In this document: in pieces, positions 12,576-25,695 of the stretch
Layout: the number at the start of each line of letters is the position of its first letter
Position numbering within the stretch: the first letter of the stretch is position 1
Source: Eledone cirrhosa
Lineage: Eukaryota
Length of the DNA: 64,000 nucleotides
Reading direction: 5' to 3'
Assembly: GCA_964016885.1 (NCBI GenBank)
Contig: OZ024742.1
Span: forward strand, 313,162,001 to 313,226,000
The notes under the pieces: generated by a model
Databases searched by the model: none
Seen by the model: only the letters and a program-made list of their open reading frames with translations
Told to the model about the DNA's origin: nothing
Position numbers and translations under genes: made by a program

Positions 12576-13211
12576 GTTTTAAGCCTTTGTGAATTACCAC
12601 TGTGTGAGAGACAGCTTATAATTACAGAGGGTGGCAAGAGAAGGAGGGTATGGATGGTTAATAGCGAAAGTGAAAGTAGAAATTAATATTTCCTAGTTTA
12701 ATGACAGGAGAGGGGGCGGGGGGAGATGGCAGCTAAATAAGTGAAGCTATAAATGGACAAAAAAGTGAAGGCGTGAACCAGAATTAGAGAGACATACAAC
12801 AATGAATGGCTTGCAATGAGGAGTATTAACTGAAGTATATAATGATGGTAGAGGACTTTTAATGGTATAGGAGGGGGAAAGAGAGTGAGAGTGAGAAAAG
12901 AGAGGGAGAGTAAGAGAAAAGAGAGAGAGAAAGAGCAGTGGGAGTATTCAGTCCACTAGAGGGTAGAAATTAAAGGGGTGGAGCCCATATATTAACAAAA
13001 AAAAAAAAATGATAATAATAATGCATGATGATAATGTTGATAACAATAATAATAGCAATGGAAAAGCAGACATAATACAGTGACGATGGTGATGGTGATG
13101 GTGACGGTGATGATGATGTTGATTTCTAACATAGGCACATAATAACAATAATCAAAACAAAAGTATGAGATTGATAATGATTCCTTTAAAACTAATACTA
13201 ATTTATTTTAT

Positions 13212-13410
13212 AGTAATAATAATTGTTTCTACTTTTGGCACAAGGCCAGCAATTATCCCAGTGTATTACTGGTGCTTTATTTTATCGACCTCATAAGGAT
13301 GAAAGGCAAAGTTAACCTCGGTGGGATTTGAACTCAGACCATTAAGGGCCGTAACTCTTTGCTGCAAAGCATGGCGTCCAACCTTCTACCGATACTGCCA
13401 ATCCACCGCC
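13212..13410 (-). mobile_element. tRNA-derived SINE with (ATT)n tail
   Basis: The minus-strand head ggcggtggattggcagtatcggtag is A-box-like and ctgagttcaaatccc is a B box. Central domain gcctttcatccttatgaggtcgataaaataaagcaccag. About ten related copies occur in this window. Confidence 0.9.
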
Positions 13411-13454
13411 CTATTCTATAGTAATAATAATAACACCCACCACCACCTCCACCA

Positions 13455-13686
13455 ATAATAATAATAATTATTATTTCTACTTTACGCACAAGGCCAGCAA
13501 TTTGGGGGAGGGGACAGTCAAATAAATAAACCCCAGTGCATTACTGGTGCTTTATTTTATCGACCTTGTAAAGATGAATGGCAAAGCTAACCTTGGCAGG
13601 ATTTGAACTCAGAATGCAAAGGGCCATAACTCTATGCTACAAAGCATGGTGTCTCATGTTCTACTGATACTGCCAATTGACTGCCC
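13455..13686 (-). mobile_element. tRNA-derived SINE, same family
   Basis: Aligns to 13212-13410; B box gagttcaaatcc. Confidence 0.9.
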
Positions 13687-13694
13687 TAAATGTG

Positions 13695-13875
13695 ATAATA
13701 ATAATAATAATAATTGTTTCTACTTTTGGCACAAGGCCAGCAAATACCAAGTGTATTACTGGTACTTTATTAAAGTTAACATCGGCAGGATTTGAGCTCA
13801 GACCATAAAGGGCCGTAACTCTTTGCTGCAAAGCATGGCCTCCGACCCTCTACCAATACTGCCAATCCACCACCC
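13695..13875 (-). mobile_element. tRNA-derived SINE, internally deleted
   Basis: Aligns to 13212-13410 but lacks part of the central domain. Confidence 0.88.
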
Positions 13876-13909
13876 TTAATGATAATAATAATAATAATGC
13901 TTTCTTTAT

Positions 13910-14467
13910 AATAATAATGATAATGATTTCCTTATTATTGGCCACAAGGGCCGAACATAGAGGACAATACAAAAACACAGGGACAGTGGAGGTTTACAAT
14001 AAAATTGAGTAAAAACAAATTAACAAAAATAATTAACAATAAAATTACAATAAAATTCCCCAATATGGGGGAGAACCACCCTGGGTTGACTCAGGTACTC
14101 CACCAATCCTTACCATCCGACATTTCAAGGACACCCATCAAAGGCACCGCTCTCCTTCTCAGAATCAACCAGCCTACAGGTGCATGCTCAGAGTAGGCCC
14201 ATTCACACGGGCCATTTTCTTCACATTCACCCACCTTTTAGCAAATGTACTGAGGTGGGGGAGAACGTTTCTCTCCACCCTCACCTTCCTTTCCAAGGAA
14301 ACTTGAAAAAGTTAATGAAGGATTAGCCAAAGAGAAAAGTGTCTGCCTTCAGTATTTTCAACCTGGTCCACAACAAAACCTCTTTTGCTACCACCACAGA
14401 TAAAGGAAAACTGTCTGCCCTTCCTAGCCAAAAGAAGGTGGCAGGGCAATCTTCACTATGGATTCAA
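13910..14467 (-). mobile_element. 3' fragment of an L1/Tx1-type LINE
   Basis: Collinear with 17730-18310 (gccacaagggccga, cagagtaggcccattcacac, ccaccctcaccttcctttcca, aacctggtcca, atcttcactatgga). Confidence 0.92.
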
Positions 14468-14572
14468 AATAATTATAATGGTTTCTAATTTACGTACCAG
14501 GCTAACAATTTTGAGGAGATAGGAAAGTCGATGAAATATTACTTAACTGGTACTTTATTTTATCGACCCTTG
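14468..14572 (-). mobile_element. SINE 3' half, degenerate
   Basis: actggtactttattttatcgaccc central-domain motif. Confidence 0.7.
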
Positions 14573-14946
14573 AAATCCCTTCTGACCAAATTATTGCTTG
14601 AAAAGAAAGAAATGGAAAATTGTTAAAATATATACAGGATCTTGAAATTGAAATTTATAAGTTGTACAGTATGAAGTTGAAAACAGTGGCTAAAATAGTT
14701 GGAGCACTGGGTATAATAAAAATATATGAACAAAAACATAGAAGTCATACCAGGGCTCATACCATTACACACTAACCCCATAATAGCACAACTCATCATT
14801 ATCATCATCCTTATCATCATCATATTCATCGTCGTTGTCATCATCATCATCATCATCATCCTGTACACAAACAGGAAAAGTCTATCCCAAAAGAACACAC
14901 AATATTGTACACACCTCAGGAACACAAAAGTACAACAGAAAACTAT

Positions 14947-15138
14947 TAATAATAATTGTTTCTACGTTAGGCACAAGGCCAGCAATTACCCAGTGCATTA
15001 CTGGTACTTTATTTTATCGACCCCGTAAGGATGAAAGGCAAAGTTAACCTTGGCGGGATTTGAAATCAGAATGGCAAGGGCCGTAACTCTATACGTCAAA
15101 GCATTGCATCCGGCCCTCTACCGATACTGCCAATCCAC
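14947..15138 (-). mobile_element. tRNA-derived SINE, same family
   Basis: Aligns to 13212-13410. Confidence 0.9.
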
Positions 15139-15435
15139 AAGGTCAGTAGTTTTGAAGTGGTGAGAGATAATTGATTAGATTGATTAGCATACAAGTAAGA
15201 TATTCAGTTCTTCTGAATGAAGAGACCTTCCACTTAAGACCAATTAAGGGACCACCCAGGTCCAGAATGACGCTGACCATCTAGGGTAAGTGCTTCTAAA
15301 TGCTTTGAGAAATCTGGTCACTCTGGATGGCCACTACTCTGAAAGCACAGTTTTTTGCTGCTATTCACATTTAGCACCTCCAACTTATCTGAAGTCAAGA
15401 AGATCGTCTGAGCCACGAGAGTGTCTTGGCTACAG

Positions 15436-15955
15436 TGATGAAGTTGATTATGGTGATAGTTGTGATGGTGGTGATGGTGGGGGGAGGGGGAGATTATGGT
15501 GATAGTTGTGGTGGTGATGGTGGTGGGGGGTTATGGTGATAGCTGTGGTGATGGTGGTGGGGGGTTATGGCGATAGTTGTGGTGATGATGATGGTGGTGG
15601 TGGTGGGGGGGGGGGGGGGGGGGGGGGGTTATGGTGATAGTTGTGGTGGGGGGGGGGGATTATGGTGATAGTTGTGGTGGTGGTGATGGTGGGGGTTATG
15701 GTGATAGTTGTGGTGGTGGTGATGGTGGTGATGAAGTTGATTATGGTGATAGTTGTGGTGGTGGTAGAGGAATTATGGTGGTGGTGGTGGTGGTGATGAT
15801 GGGGGTTTATGGTGATAGTTGTGGTGGTGGTGGGGATTATGGTGATAGTCGTGGTGGTGGTGTAGGGGGATTATAGTGGTGGTGGTGGTGATGGGGGATT
15901 ATGGTGATAGTTGTGGTGGTGGTGGATATGGAGGGGTTATTGTGGTGGTGATGGT
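15436..15955 (+). repeat. Degenerate G-rich minisatellite (GATTATGGTGATAGTTGTGGTGGTG plus variable G runs)
   Basis: The core TATGGTGATAGTTGTGGTG recurs about 12 times with variable GGT/poly-G spacers. Confidence 0.9.
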
Positions 15956-16669
15956 ATCATCATTGCTATTTCTACACCCCACCTCACCTCACCCCACCAC
16001 CCCCATTTTTTTCTTACTTTCATTGTTATTGTTCTTCTCTTTTGGGTTTGGTGGCAAACCTAGAAAATCATTTTCATACCCCCCCCCCTCCCTCCCGCCC
16101 CCCAAAAATTTGGTGAGAATTGTAGTTAATTATTTTAGTATTATATTTCATGTTGTTACTGTTGTTACTGTTGTTATTGATGCTGATGCTGCTGATGATG
16201 TTTTACATCTCTATTGCCTTTAAGTTTATTCAGACACAGCTGCTTACTAATGGCTCAGCAAAAGGAGAATGGGACACTAACAAATTTTAACTTCTTCACT
16301 TTCTCCCTCACTCTCTCTTTCCCCTCTCTCTCTCTCTCTCTTTTCACCCCCCCCCCCCCTCCCCCGTCTCTCTCTCTGTTCACCAACTCCCTCTCTATTC
16401 ACTATTTTCACTTCTTATCAGGTTCTCATTCAAATATTATGATTCCTTGTTTGGATCCATTTTGTTTTATTTTTTTTCATAAAGAAAATTGGTAAAGTTT
16501 TCTTGAAAAACTTTTAAAGCAACTATCTTCACCATTAAGGTATCATTTCGGAAATGAGGACCAGCCATATCTATGTTTAGCTATCTGGTCTTTTTGTAGA
16601 AACCCATCCATAAATTATATAAATAGGATAATGAAAAGGTTAATGTCAATTTCAACAATTGCTGCTCAA

Positions 16670-16815
16670 AACAAAGTAGACCCCAAGCAAGATGGTTGGA
16701 TAACATCCATGAGTTTGGCTGGTCTTGCTTGGGGATCCAGCCAGATCAGTTGGAGGTGGTTGCTTCTGACAGGACCTGCTGGAAGGAATGTTTAAGGACT
16801 CCCCCCCACCCCACC
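16670..16815 (+). mobile_element. Old RTE (Expander/Rex3-like) 3' fragment
   Basis: Translates to SRPQARWLDNIHEFGWSCLGIQPDQLEVVASDRTCWKECLRTPP, resembling the RTE C-terminal GRP..RW.D....A.DR..W pattern. Confidence 0.6.
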
Positions 16816-16907
16816 CTCTCAGGAAAAAGAAGGCGGAGGTAGGAGGAGGAGGAGCTCAAAACAAGGAAAAATTATAAATTTGCAAAGATGTACAACATAG
16901 CTTCATT

Positions 16908-17045
16908 GATTTCTAACATAAGTGCAAAGTCAGCAACTCTAGAGAAGGGTAAAATTAATTAAATCAACCCAGTATTTGACAGGTACTTTATTTTATTGAC
17001 CCCTAAAGGATGAAAACAAAGGTGACCTCGACAGTATTTGAAAAT
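16908..17045 (-). mobile_element. Degenerate SINE, 3' part
   Basis: ggtactttattttattgacccctaaaggatgaaaacaaaggtgacctcgacagtatttgaa. Confidence 0.75.
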
Positions 17046-17382
17046 AGTAATAGTAATCATTTCTTTTATATGTTTTTTTTTGCAATTGGATGCTAGGGGA
17101 ATGTGTTAATTGGTGTTAGATCAGTCCTTGATCTCAGAAGCTCAATGTATTGCACAGGATTCTGGCAGTGCTAGTGATGGTAGAAATTTAGGCACTGCCT
17201 ATGAAGTCAGGGATCCTAAGGTGTTTGATGAAAGATATAAGGCATTTAGAGATTGTACATAGTGCCCCAATCGGGATTGGCACAACTTCTGTCCCTATAT
17301 GGTGCTCAGTTCTAATAGCACCTGTAAGGTCTGCGTACTTATTGATCTTTTCCATTTTCCTTTCAACTACATCCTATGCATC

Positions 17383-17726
17383 ATTGATACTTTATTTTAT
17401 CAACCTTGTAAGGTTGAAAGGCAAAGCTAATCTCAGCAGTATTTGAACTCAGAACATAAATAGTAGGAGCAAAGTCTGCTAAGCATTTGTCTGATCTCCT
17501 AATGGCTGCCAATCCCTATAATAATAATAATAATAATCGTTTCTACTTTTGGCACAAGGCCAGCAATTATCCCAGTGTATTACTGGTACTTTATTTTATC
17601 GACCCTGTAAGGATGAAAGGCAAAGTTAACCTCGACAGGATTCAAACTCAGAATGGCAAGGGCCGTAACTCTATGCATCAAAGCAAGGCGTCCGACCCTC
17701 TACCGGTACTGCCAATTCATCACCCT
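17383..17726 (-). mobile_element. Two tandem tRNA-SINE copies (17383-17516 older and partial; 17519-17726 complete)
   Basis: Both align to the SINE family and are separated by an (AAT)n tail. Confidence 0.88.
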
Positions 17727-18019
17727 TATAATAATAATGATTTCATTTATTAGCCACAAGGGCCGACATTTAGGGGACAATACAAAGACAGGACAGTGGC
17801 GGTTTACAATAAGGTTGAGTAATTTCGCAATGGCAAGACTAATTTAACAATGAAGATACAAAAATATAAAATAAACTATGCATAAATATAACAAAATTTA
17901 TTCCCCAATAGGGGGTGGACGACCCTGGGGTGACTCGGGTACCCCCCCCCCCCCAATCCTGAACCACCCTGCACTTCTAGGGCACCCAGGGAGAGCACCC
18001 TCTCCTCAAGTTAGCTAGC

Positions 18020-21000
18020 CTATAGGCGCATGGTCAGAGTAGGCCCATTCACACGAGCCATTCTCGCCACATTCATCCACCTTTTAGCAAATGCACTGGG
18101 GGGCAGCACTTCTCTCTCCACCCTCACCTTCCTTTCCAGGTGAAACTTGAAGAAGTTGATGAGGGATTAGCCGAAGAGAAAAGTGTCCGTCTTCAGTCCT
18201 TTTAACCTGGTCCACCATATAACCTCTTTTGCAACTGCCACCAGACAGAGGAAAATTTCCTGCTCTTCCTGACCTAATGAAGGCGGCGGGTCGATCTTCA
18301 CTATGGACTCGGCCGATAGCCGGATTTGTTCCACACGTGACAGTAGCTGTTCAACATAACTCCACAAGTCAGTAATGCACAGACATTGGACAAGTGCGTA
18401 CAGAACGGTTTCGTTGTTCTGTGCGCATCTTGGGCAGGTCCGTCTGACAGCACTTCCGTGCCTGTAGAGTTTATCCCGAATTGGCAGTGCCCCCGGTAGC
18501 ACTGCCAAGCGAGGGATTTCTGGAAATTGTCCATCGTCCCCAGCTCGAAAGTCCTCCGGTACGGACTGGTTAGTTCGACTTCGTCGAGGTCCAAAGCTTC
18601 TCCGAGTGCGTCATCGCATTTACCCACCACTAATCCTCTATAGAACTCGAGAGTGGAAGTTCCACTGATCGCATTGCCCGCTTGGTAGAGGGCAGTGAGT
18701 GCCTGACAACATTCCAGGTGCCAGTCACCCAGTCTCGGTCTCTTCTTGACCCAGGACTGCAGCTCAGTCAAAGAAATGAGCTGCGGAAAGGCCCGTCTGA
18801 TAAACGGCGACCACACCTGTTCACCATTGAGGCAGAATATCTGGAGATGTTGCAGCCTCAACGCATGTCTGCACATCATTAGCCATGGCATGCCCAGCCC
18901 TCCGCGTAGAGGGTGCTGGCAGCAGATGGACCGCCTCACCAACGGAACTTGTCCCCACCACAAGAATTTGAAGAGGGGCTGTTCCAACTTGACGAGGCAC
19001 GACGGTCAGGCGGTAGTAGATGACGGACGCGATGTACGCATTCGCCACTTCCACACGACCTTTCAGTGATAGCTTCCTCCCAGCCCATTTTTGGGTGAGA
19101 CTGGCTACTCTGCTCGTTACCTCGTCCCAATTCTTTTCCACCTGGAGGTCCGGTCTGAACCAAACCCGAGCAACTTTACCGGTCCGTCCGTCCAGCGCCC
19201 CACGACGCTGTTGAACGGCATGGGCTTGCCTCTCCAGGTTCCGAGCTGCAAGCCCACCGACTTTGCCGGGTTAAGTTTGGCTCCTGTCAACCTTTCATAT
19301 TCCTTCAATAAGGTGCCGACCACCTCGATTTCTGAGGTGTTCGAGACCATCACGGTGATGTCGTCCGCATAAGCCGACACCGCCTTTCCACGTCCCGGTT
19401 CAAGCAGGATGCCCTGCAACAGCTCCAGCTTCTGCAGTAAAGGCTCGAGAGTCAATACGTACAGAAGGGAAGAGAGAGGGCACCCTTGACGGACCAATCA
19501 GGTGAGCCGAAATGGTTCCGAGAGGTGGCCATTAACCTTGACCACCGAGCGTGTGCCGCTGTGCATTGCAGCGATCCAGCTTCTGAAGACAGGGCCGAAG
19601 CCAGCTGCTTTGAGGACAAACTCCTGATACCGATGGTCGACCCTATCGAATGCTTTCGATTGATCTAAATTGATTAGTGCCCCGCCGAAGCCAGGTTTAC
19701 ACCCTACTCTCTCTATGATGTATCGCATGAGGTGGAGATTGTCGTGTATGGACCTGGCTGGGATTGTGCAAGTTTGCACCTCTCCAACCAAATCCTCGAC
19801 GACAAGCGCCAATCTCTTTGCTAACACCCTGGCCAAAATCTTAAAAAATGTGTTGAGCAGAGTTATGGGCCTGAAATTGTCTAATGTGTCCCTCTTGTTC
19901 TCGTCATTCCTTATCAGCGTCACCACTCCCCTGCTCACAGAACTGGGAATACTCCCATTCTACTGCCAGTTGCAGTAGAGTGCTTTGAGGATATTGGAGA
20001 ACAAGTCTGTCATATTTACATAAAGATCGTAGGGCAGGCCATCCAAACCGGGTGATTTGTGCCTCATGCAGCCTACAAAGGCGTCCTGAATTTCGGCTGA
20101 AGTAATCGGCCCTTTGCAGCGCTCAGCGTCGACCATCGAGATGCGCGGCAAGCTGTCAAGGTAGGGATTGAAATCCGCTACTCTCTCTGACTCGCCACTC
20201 TCCCCGAACAACCAAGCAAAGTGCTGGCGAAAGGCCTCACACATCCGCTTGGAATCGTTTATCTCATGTCCGTCTCGGTTCGCCAAAGACCGAATTGTGG
20301 TTTTATTACCACGCTGCGCCTCCGCCACGTGGGCCCATCGAACAGCTTTGGTTCCCTCGTTTCTCAGCACATGCGCCTTAGCTCTGACAATGCAACCTTC
20401 GTGTTTCGCATTGAAGAAATGGTCTAATGCCATTCTCGCCACTAGCACGTCAGTTGTAATGCCACTACAAATAGCCTCGTCTAACTTATCTACCAGCTCC
20501 TCCTCCTTTCTATTTTTCTCTAACCCTAGTTCTTTGCTGAACTCTATCGAAGTTACTCTAATCTCTTTTGAGAGCCCCCCACCATCTGTTGTTGATGATC
20601 CCCCCCTGTCAACTTTTGCTTAACTAAATTGTTGACTCGGTCCCTGTAAGCCTTACATGCCGGAAATGTCATGTTCAGCTTCCAGTAACCATGTCTTAAC
20701 CTACGCGTTTTATCTAGGTCGACCGTACAGATCACAAATTTGTGATCTGAATAGGCAACCGTTTTAAAAAGTGGGCAGCCTACACTATTTCTATCTATTT
20801 TCCTAATGAAGATCCTGTCTATATACGATCTAGATGACCCCATTCGGTTGGTCCATGTCCATACTGGCACATTGGGGAAATCTAGTCGATATCTGTCAGA
20901 CAGTTGGAATTGGCTGAGTAGGTGCTTGAGGCTTTTGCACCCCTCGCTCCTATCGGCTACTCCCACACAATCCCAGCATGCGTCTAAGATGCCATTCCAG

Positions 21001-21392
21001 TCTCCCGCTAACAGTAAAGGGCGAGACCCAGAAAGGTCTTCAGGCACCTAAAGAAGTCCGGTCGTCCGGCCCCTGTAGGAGCGTAGACGGCCAGCAGTCT
21101 AAAGGCACCACCTTTGCTACTGCTCACATCCAAGACCACCAACTTACCGTCCGGGTCTCGGAAGATCGACTTTACCTCGAGATCCAGTCCTTTCCTAAAC
21201 AGCACTGCCACCCCGCCCCCCATTCTGATAGTCGTCGAAAATGGGGGCTAGTGCGCGCGTGTCGGAAATTCTGGTCTCACTGACGGCAATCGCATCCATT
21301 TCCAGCGACCTGAGGTCATTGAGCAGGCGACCCTGCTTCCAGGGGGACCCCAGGCCGCGGACATTTAAACTTCCTACTCTTAATATGGCCAT
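18020..21392 (-). pseudogene. LINE ORF2 (APE endonuclease and reverse transcriptase), fragmented
   Basis: Ordered fragments across several frames: LNVRGL..SET, GGVAVLF, VYAP, GDWN, TWT..SYIDRIF, SDH, GYWKLN, KSPGLDGLP, NFRPITLLN, DQSKAFDRV, VRQGCPLS, YADD, GGLG, CPRC..ETVLYALVQC. Confidence 0.93.
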
Positions 21393-21419
21393 GTTGGTAA
21401 GCTAAGAGAGAGAGGGAAG

Positions 21420-23418
21420 GTTTACTTACCTCCCGGTCGGGTGGTTTGACCTCCATGGTTGGTGGGGTTTCTTTTGGGAACCCCTTTAAAAGTCTCGATG
21501 TGGGTTTCACATTCGGGGTTCCCATGTCTTGAGGAAATCTCTCTCGAATTTCTTTGAAAGAATTGAGTGACATTCGGACCAGAAGCAAATCTTCTGGCAC
21601 GCAAAATGTGCTCATTTTAAAAATCTCCCCCTCTGTTTGAATGTCCTCACTTCGTGCTAAGAGGGCCATCAGGTTATCGTTGGCCCTTCTGACAAGCACA
21701 AAGTTTTTAACATTTTGTTGGTGTGGTTTAATTTGTTTTCGTTTTGGTGACTGTAGTGGTGATGGTTTTGGTGGTGTTGTTTCGGGTATGTCTGTGTTTG
21801 TTGTAGGTGTGGTCTCTGCAATTTCAGGTATTTGTGTGTTTATTTGTACTTGTGTTTGTTTAGGTTGTTTGCATTTCGGCGATTGTGGGGGTGGTGTCGA
21901 TGTTGTTGGGGAAGTGTTTGTGTTAGTGGTGCTGATGTTATTGGGGAAGTGTTTGCGTTAGTGGTGTCTGTATTTTTTGTTGTGTATGTTTTTTGTGTTT
22001 TGTTGGGACTTTTTTTTGGTGAGTTTTCTGTTTTTTGGCACTTTTGGGTTTTCCTTCATCTTCGCTGCTGGAAGACAAAGGGTCTGTGGCTGTGAGTGTC
22101 TCTGTGTCTGTGTGTGCATTTATTGTTTTGTCTATGTGTATAATTGGGGGGGTAGGAGGAGTGGGAGAGCTTTCCTCGTTTTCCCCTTGGATTGGTTTTG
22201 GTGTTGGTGGTGATCCAGGTGTTTTTGATGTTGGTGTCCGTGTCGTTGTTGGTGTTGTTTTTGGTGGTGGTGGTGGTGCAGCTTTCCGTGCTGACACTGG
22301 CGTTGGCAACAAAGGAGGTTTGCGACCCCTGCATTTTTGCGCTGAGGGCAGAAGGCTCGCAGATGCGTTGCTTCCCCGCAGACGAAGCAGCGTGGCCTTC
22401 TTCCGTCAGTGATTAGTTGGATTGTTGTCCCGTCCTGCAGGCGGGCAAAATCCGGGATGTTGTTCATGTCATCCGGTTTCATTTGGAGAAGAATCTCCAA
22501 ATCCATTCCTGACCAGTCCTCTCTCTCTGTCCTTTTCATATCCAGGAGGGTAGTGTCTGTCCCCTCCTCGATTACGCATCCCAGCAGCCACCATATCTTC
22601 ATTCCTGGTGGGATGCTGGGAATGCGGACCTTTACTGTCCTTTTACCCATGTAAGACGGATGCATGATAATGCGTCCCGTTCTGCAGGGGGTCACCAAGT
22701 GCTTAATAGCGAGGGCCTCGGTTTTGAACAGTACCGATATGGTACCGAACTGTTTGCCTCTTGCTTTATACTCTATGTTCCTTCCGATGTACTCCAAAGC
22801 AGCCTCAACCTCTGCTTGGCTGGCAAGTTCCACTTTTCGACTCTGCACCGAAATGCATCGAAAGTACACCGTCCTCCTTTGCATGGCCGCTATTGCCCCA
22901 TCCGGGATGGTCAGGTTTGCCCAGGACTTCTCCCGTTTAATTAGCCTCCACGCCTGGGCCAACTGTTCATCTTTATCGCTAATATCAATATCAATATCCA
23001 ATAAGCGTTTTGTTTTTGCTGCTGCTGCAGCAAATGTGGTGCTTCTGATGCTCTTGTTGTTGGTGTTGTCATTCTTGCTGTTGTTATTGGTGTTGTTTTG
23101 TTTATTGATGCTGTTGCCACCGCCATCCATGTTTACATTGAAGCTGTCGGTGTTATTGTCGTTATTGCTCTGAGTTGTTGTTGTTGTGGTGGCGGTGGTG
23201 GCGGTGGCGGCGGTGGTGGTGGTGGTGATGTCGTTTTCAGATGATACTGCTGCTAACACAGAAGGTTGTGATGGAAGCTTTTGAGTTTTGCCTTCACATT
23301 CAGTAGAATGGACGACAGGCATGACTCTAGCCGTCGTAGTCGTGGTGAAATCTACAGTGGCTGCCTTTAAACTTTTGACCTGAACGTTGTTTACCCTTTC
23401 AAGGTCGAAAATTTCCAT
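21420..23418 (-). pseudogene. LINE ORF1 (CCHC knuckle), frameshifted after the knuckle
   Basis: ORF 22132-23418 contains CFVCGEATHLRAFC. The Pro/Thr-rich continuation lies in other frames (21938-22312, 21316-21699) and parallels 208-1287 (SSSSEDE vs SSSSDEE; MEVKPPDR vs MEIVQPDTR). Confidence 0.88.
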
Positions 23419-23639
23419 TTTTTTTTTTGTGAGGAAGCAATTTTTTTCGAAGTTTTTTAAAAATAAATCTGAATATTCGGGCTTAAAGCCTGAATATTGA
23501 GAGGTATCCCTCTCTTGAAACCAAAATGGGTACCTTATGTTTCGTTAACGACAAGAAAATACAAAAAATGACACTTTAAAACAGCTTAAAGTTACGAACC
23601 TTTTCCCCCGCAGATTTGTACTGTCTTCACACATGTGCT

Positions 23640-23712
23640 AATAATTATAATAATAATAATAATAATAATTGTTTCTACTTTAGGCACAAGGCCAGTAATT
23701 TGGGGGAGGGTG
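23640..23712 (-). mobile_element. SINE 3' end with (ATT)n tail
   Basis: aataat...tgtttctactttaggcacaaggccagtaatttgggggaggg, as at 13455-13512. Confidence 0.8.
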
Positions 23713-23994
23713 GTGGTGATGGTGGGGTCTTTTTGCCACTTTCAAACTCACTGAAGCACAACACCTTTCTTTCTATCATATATCCTCACCTCCTCCACCA
23801 AAAGACACTTGAATACAATGCTGAACGCCTAGCTGAAGAAGATGGTGTTTGTCATCAATATTTTCAATCAATCTTGGCCAGCAGATAGGAAAAAAGCTGC
23901 TTGCCCTTCCCAGTATGAAGGAAGGCAACAGAACAACCTTCACAATAGACTCAACTGACAGCTGAATTGGTCCTACATACAACAACTATTGTAA

Positions 23995-24545
23995 AGATGA
24001 GGATCGAAAGGATAATAATGGGGATGTTGATGATCAATATCACGATGATCATGATGATGATGATGATGATGATAAGGATGATCGTGATGATGATGCTGAT
24101 GATAAGGATGATGATGATGATCATCATCATAAGGATGATGATGATAATAATATTGATGATGATAGTAAGGATGACAACGATAATGATGATTATCATTACA
24201 AGGATGGTTGTAATTAAATACTGATAATCATAATAACAATAATATCATAAAGAAGAAGAAGAAAAATACTAGTCAATAAAAATAATAATGATGATGATGA
24301 TAAAAATATACCACCTCCACCACATGATGATGGTGATGATGATAAAAATACACCAGCTCCACCACATGATGATGATGATGATGATGATAAAAATACACCA
24401 CCTCCGCCACATGATGATGATGATGATGGTGATGGTGATGGTGATAATAAAAATACACCACCTCCGCCACATGATGATGATGGTGATGGTGATGACAGAA
24501 TACATCATCACTACAATCATCAACACATGACCACTATCACCATGA
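23995..24545. repeat. (GAT)n microsatellite with four interspersed AAAATACACCACCTCCRCCAC cassettes
   Basis: Cassettes at about 24303, 24344, 24389 and 24449. Confidence 0.92.
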
Positions 24546-24574
24546 CATCATCACACATCCTCCACTCCCATGCT

Positions 24575-25695
24575 ATAAAAACCACCACACCACCAATGCC
24601 ACCACCACCAACCAACACCTTAAACACCAAACCCTTCCCCCACCACTACCACCACCAACATCAATCCCCTCTCCATCACCACAGCCACCACCAACGCCGT
24701 CACCAACACCACCACCAGCACCACTATAACCACCAACACCACCACCACCAACAACACCGCCACCACTGCAAACAACAAGAACAACAACACCACTACCACT
24801 GCAACCACCACCACCAACAACAACACCACCACCAACAACAATAACCACCACCACCACCAACACAATCAACAACACCAACACCACCACTACAACCACTAAG
24901 ACCACCAACACCCACCACAACCAACACCAACACCAACACCAACACCACTAACCACCAACAACACCACAACCACTACCACTAACAAAACACCAACATCACC
25001 AACACCACCAAAACCACAACCAACACCACTAACCACCACCAACACCATAACCACCACCAATACCAACACCACCACCAACACCACCACTAACACCCACCAC
25101 CACCACCAACACTACCACCAACACCCACCACCAACACCACCACCACCAAATCCACCACCACAATCAACAACAACACCACCACCACCACCAACATCACCAC
25201 CATTACAACCACCACCACCACAATCAACAACACCGCCACCACTACAACCACCACCACCAACACCACCACCACCACCACCACCACCACCACCACCACCACT
25301 ACAACCACCACCACCACCACCACCACCACCACCACCACCACTACAACCACCACCACCACCACCACCACCACCACCACCACCACCACCACTACAACCACCA
25401 CCACCACCACCACCACCACCACCACCACCACCACCACCACCACCACCACCACCACCACAACCACCATTACCACCACAACCACCACCACCTCCACCACCGC
25501 CACCACTACAACCACCACCACCACTACAACCACCACCACCACCACTACAACCACCGCTACAACCACCCACCACAACCACCACCACCACCACCACCGCCAC
25601 CACCACAACCACCACCACCACCACCACCACCACCACCACAGCCACCACCACAACCATCATCACCACCACCACCACAACAACCGCTGTGGCCACCA
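24575..25695. repeat. (CAC)n/(CAA)n microsatellite
   Basis: Seen directly. Confidence 0.98.

Larger units (their letters stand above)
17730..23639 (-). mobile_element. Full-length (about 5.9 kb) L1/Tx1-type LINE, inactivated by frameshifts
   Basis: 5' UTR 23419-23639, then ORF1, ORF2 (APE, RT, Cys-rich C-terminus) and a 3' UTR. Flanked by (AAT)n on both sides. Confidence 0.93.

Noticed and set aside
12025-12686. Poly-Phe/Leu/Lys ORFs
   Set aside because: These are translations of a (CTT)n tract.
13310-13410. tRNA genes suggested by A/B boxes
   Set aside because: The boxes belong to SINE heads followed by a SINE body and an (ATT)n tail. No cloverleaf is evident.
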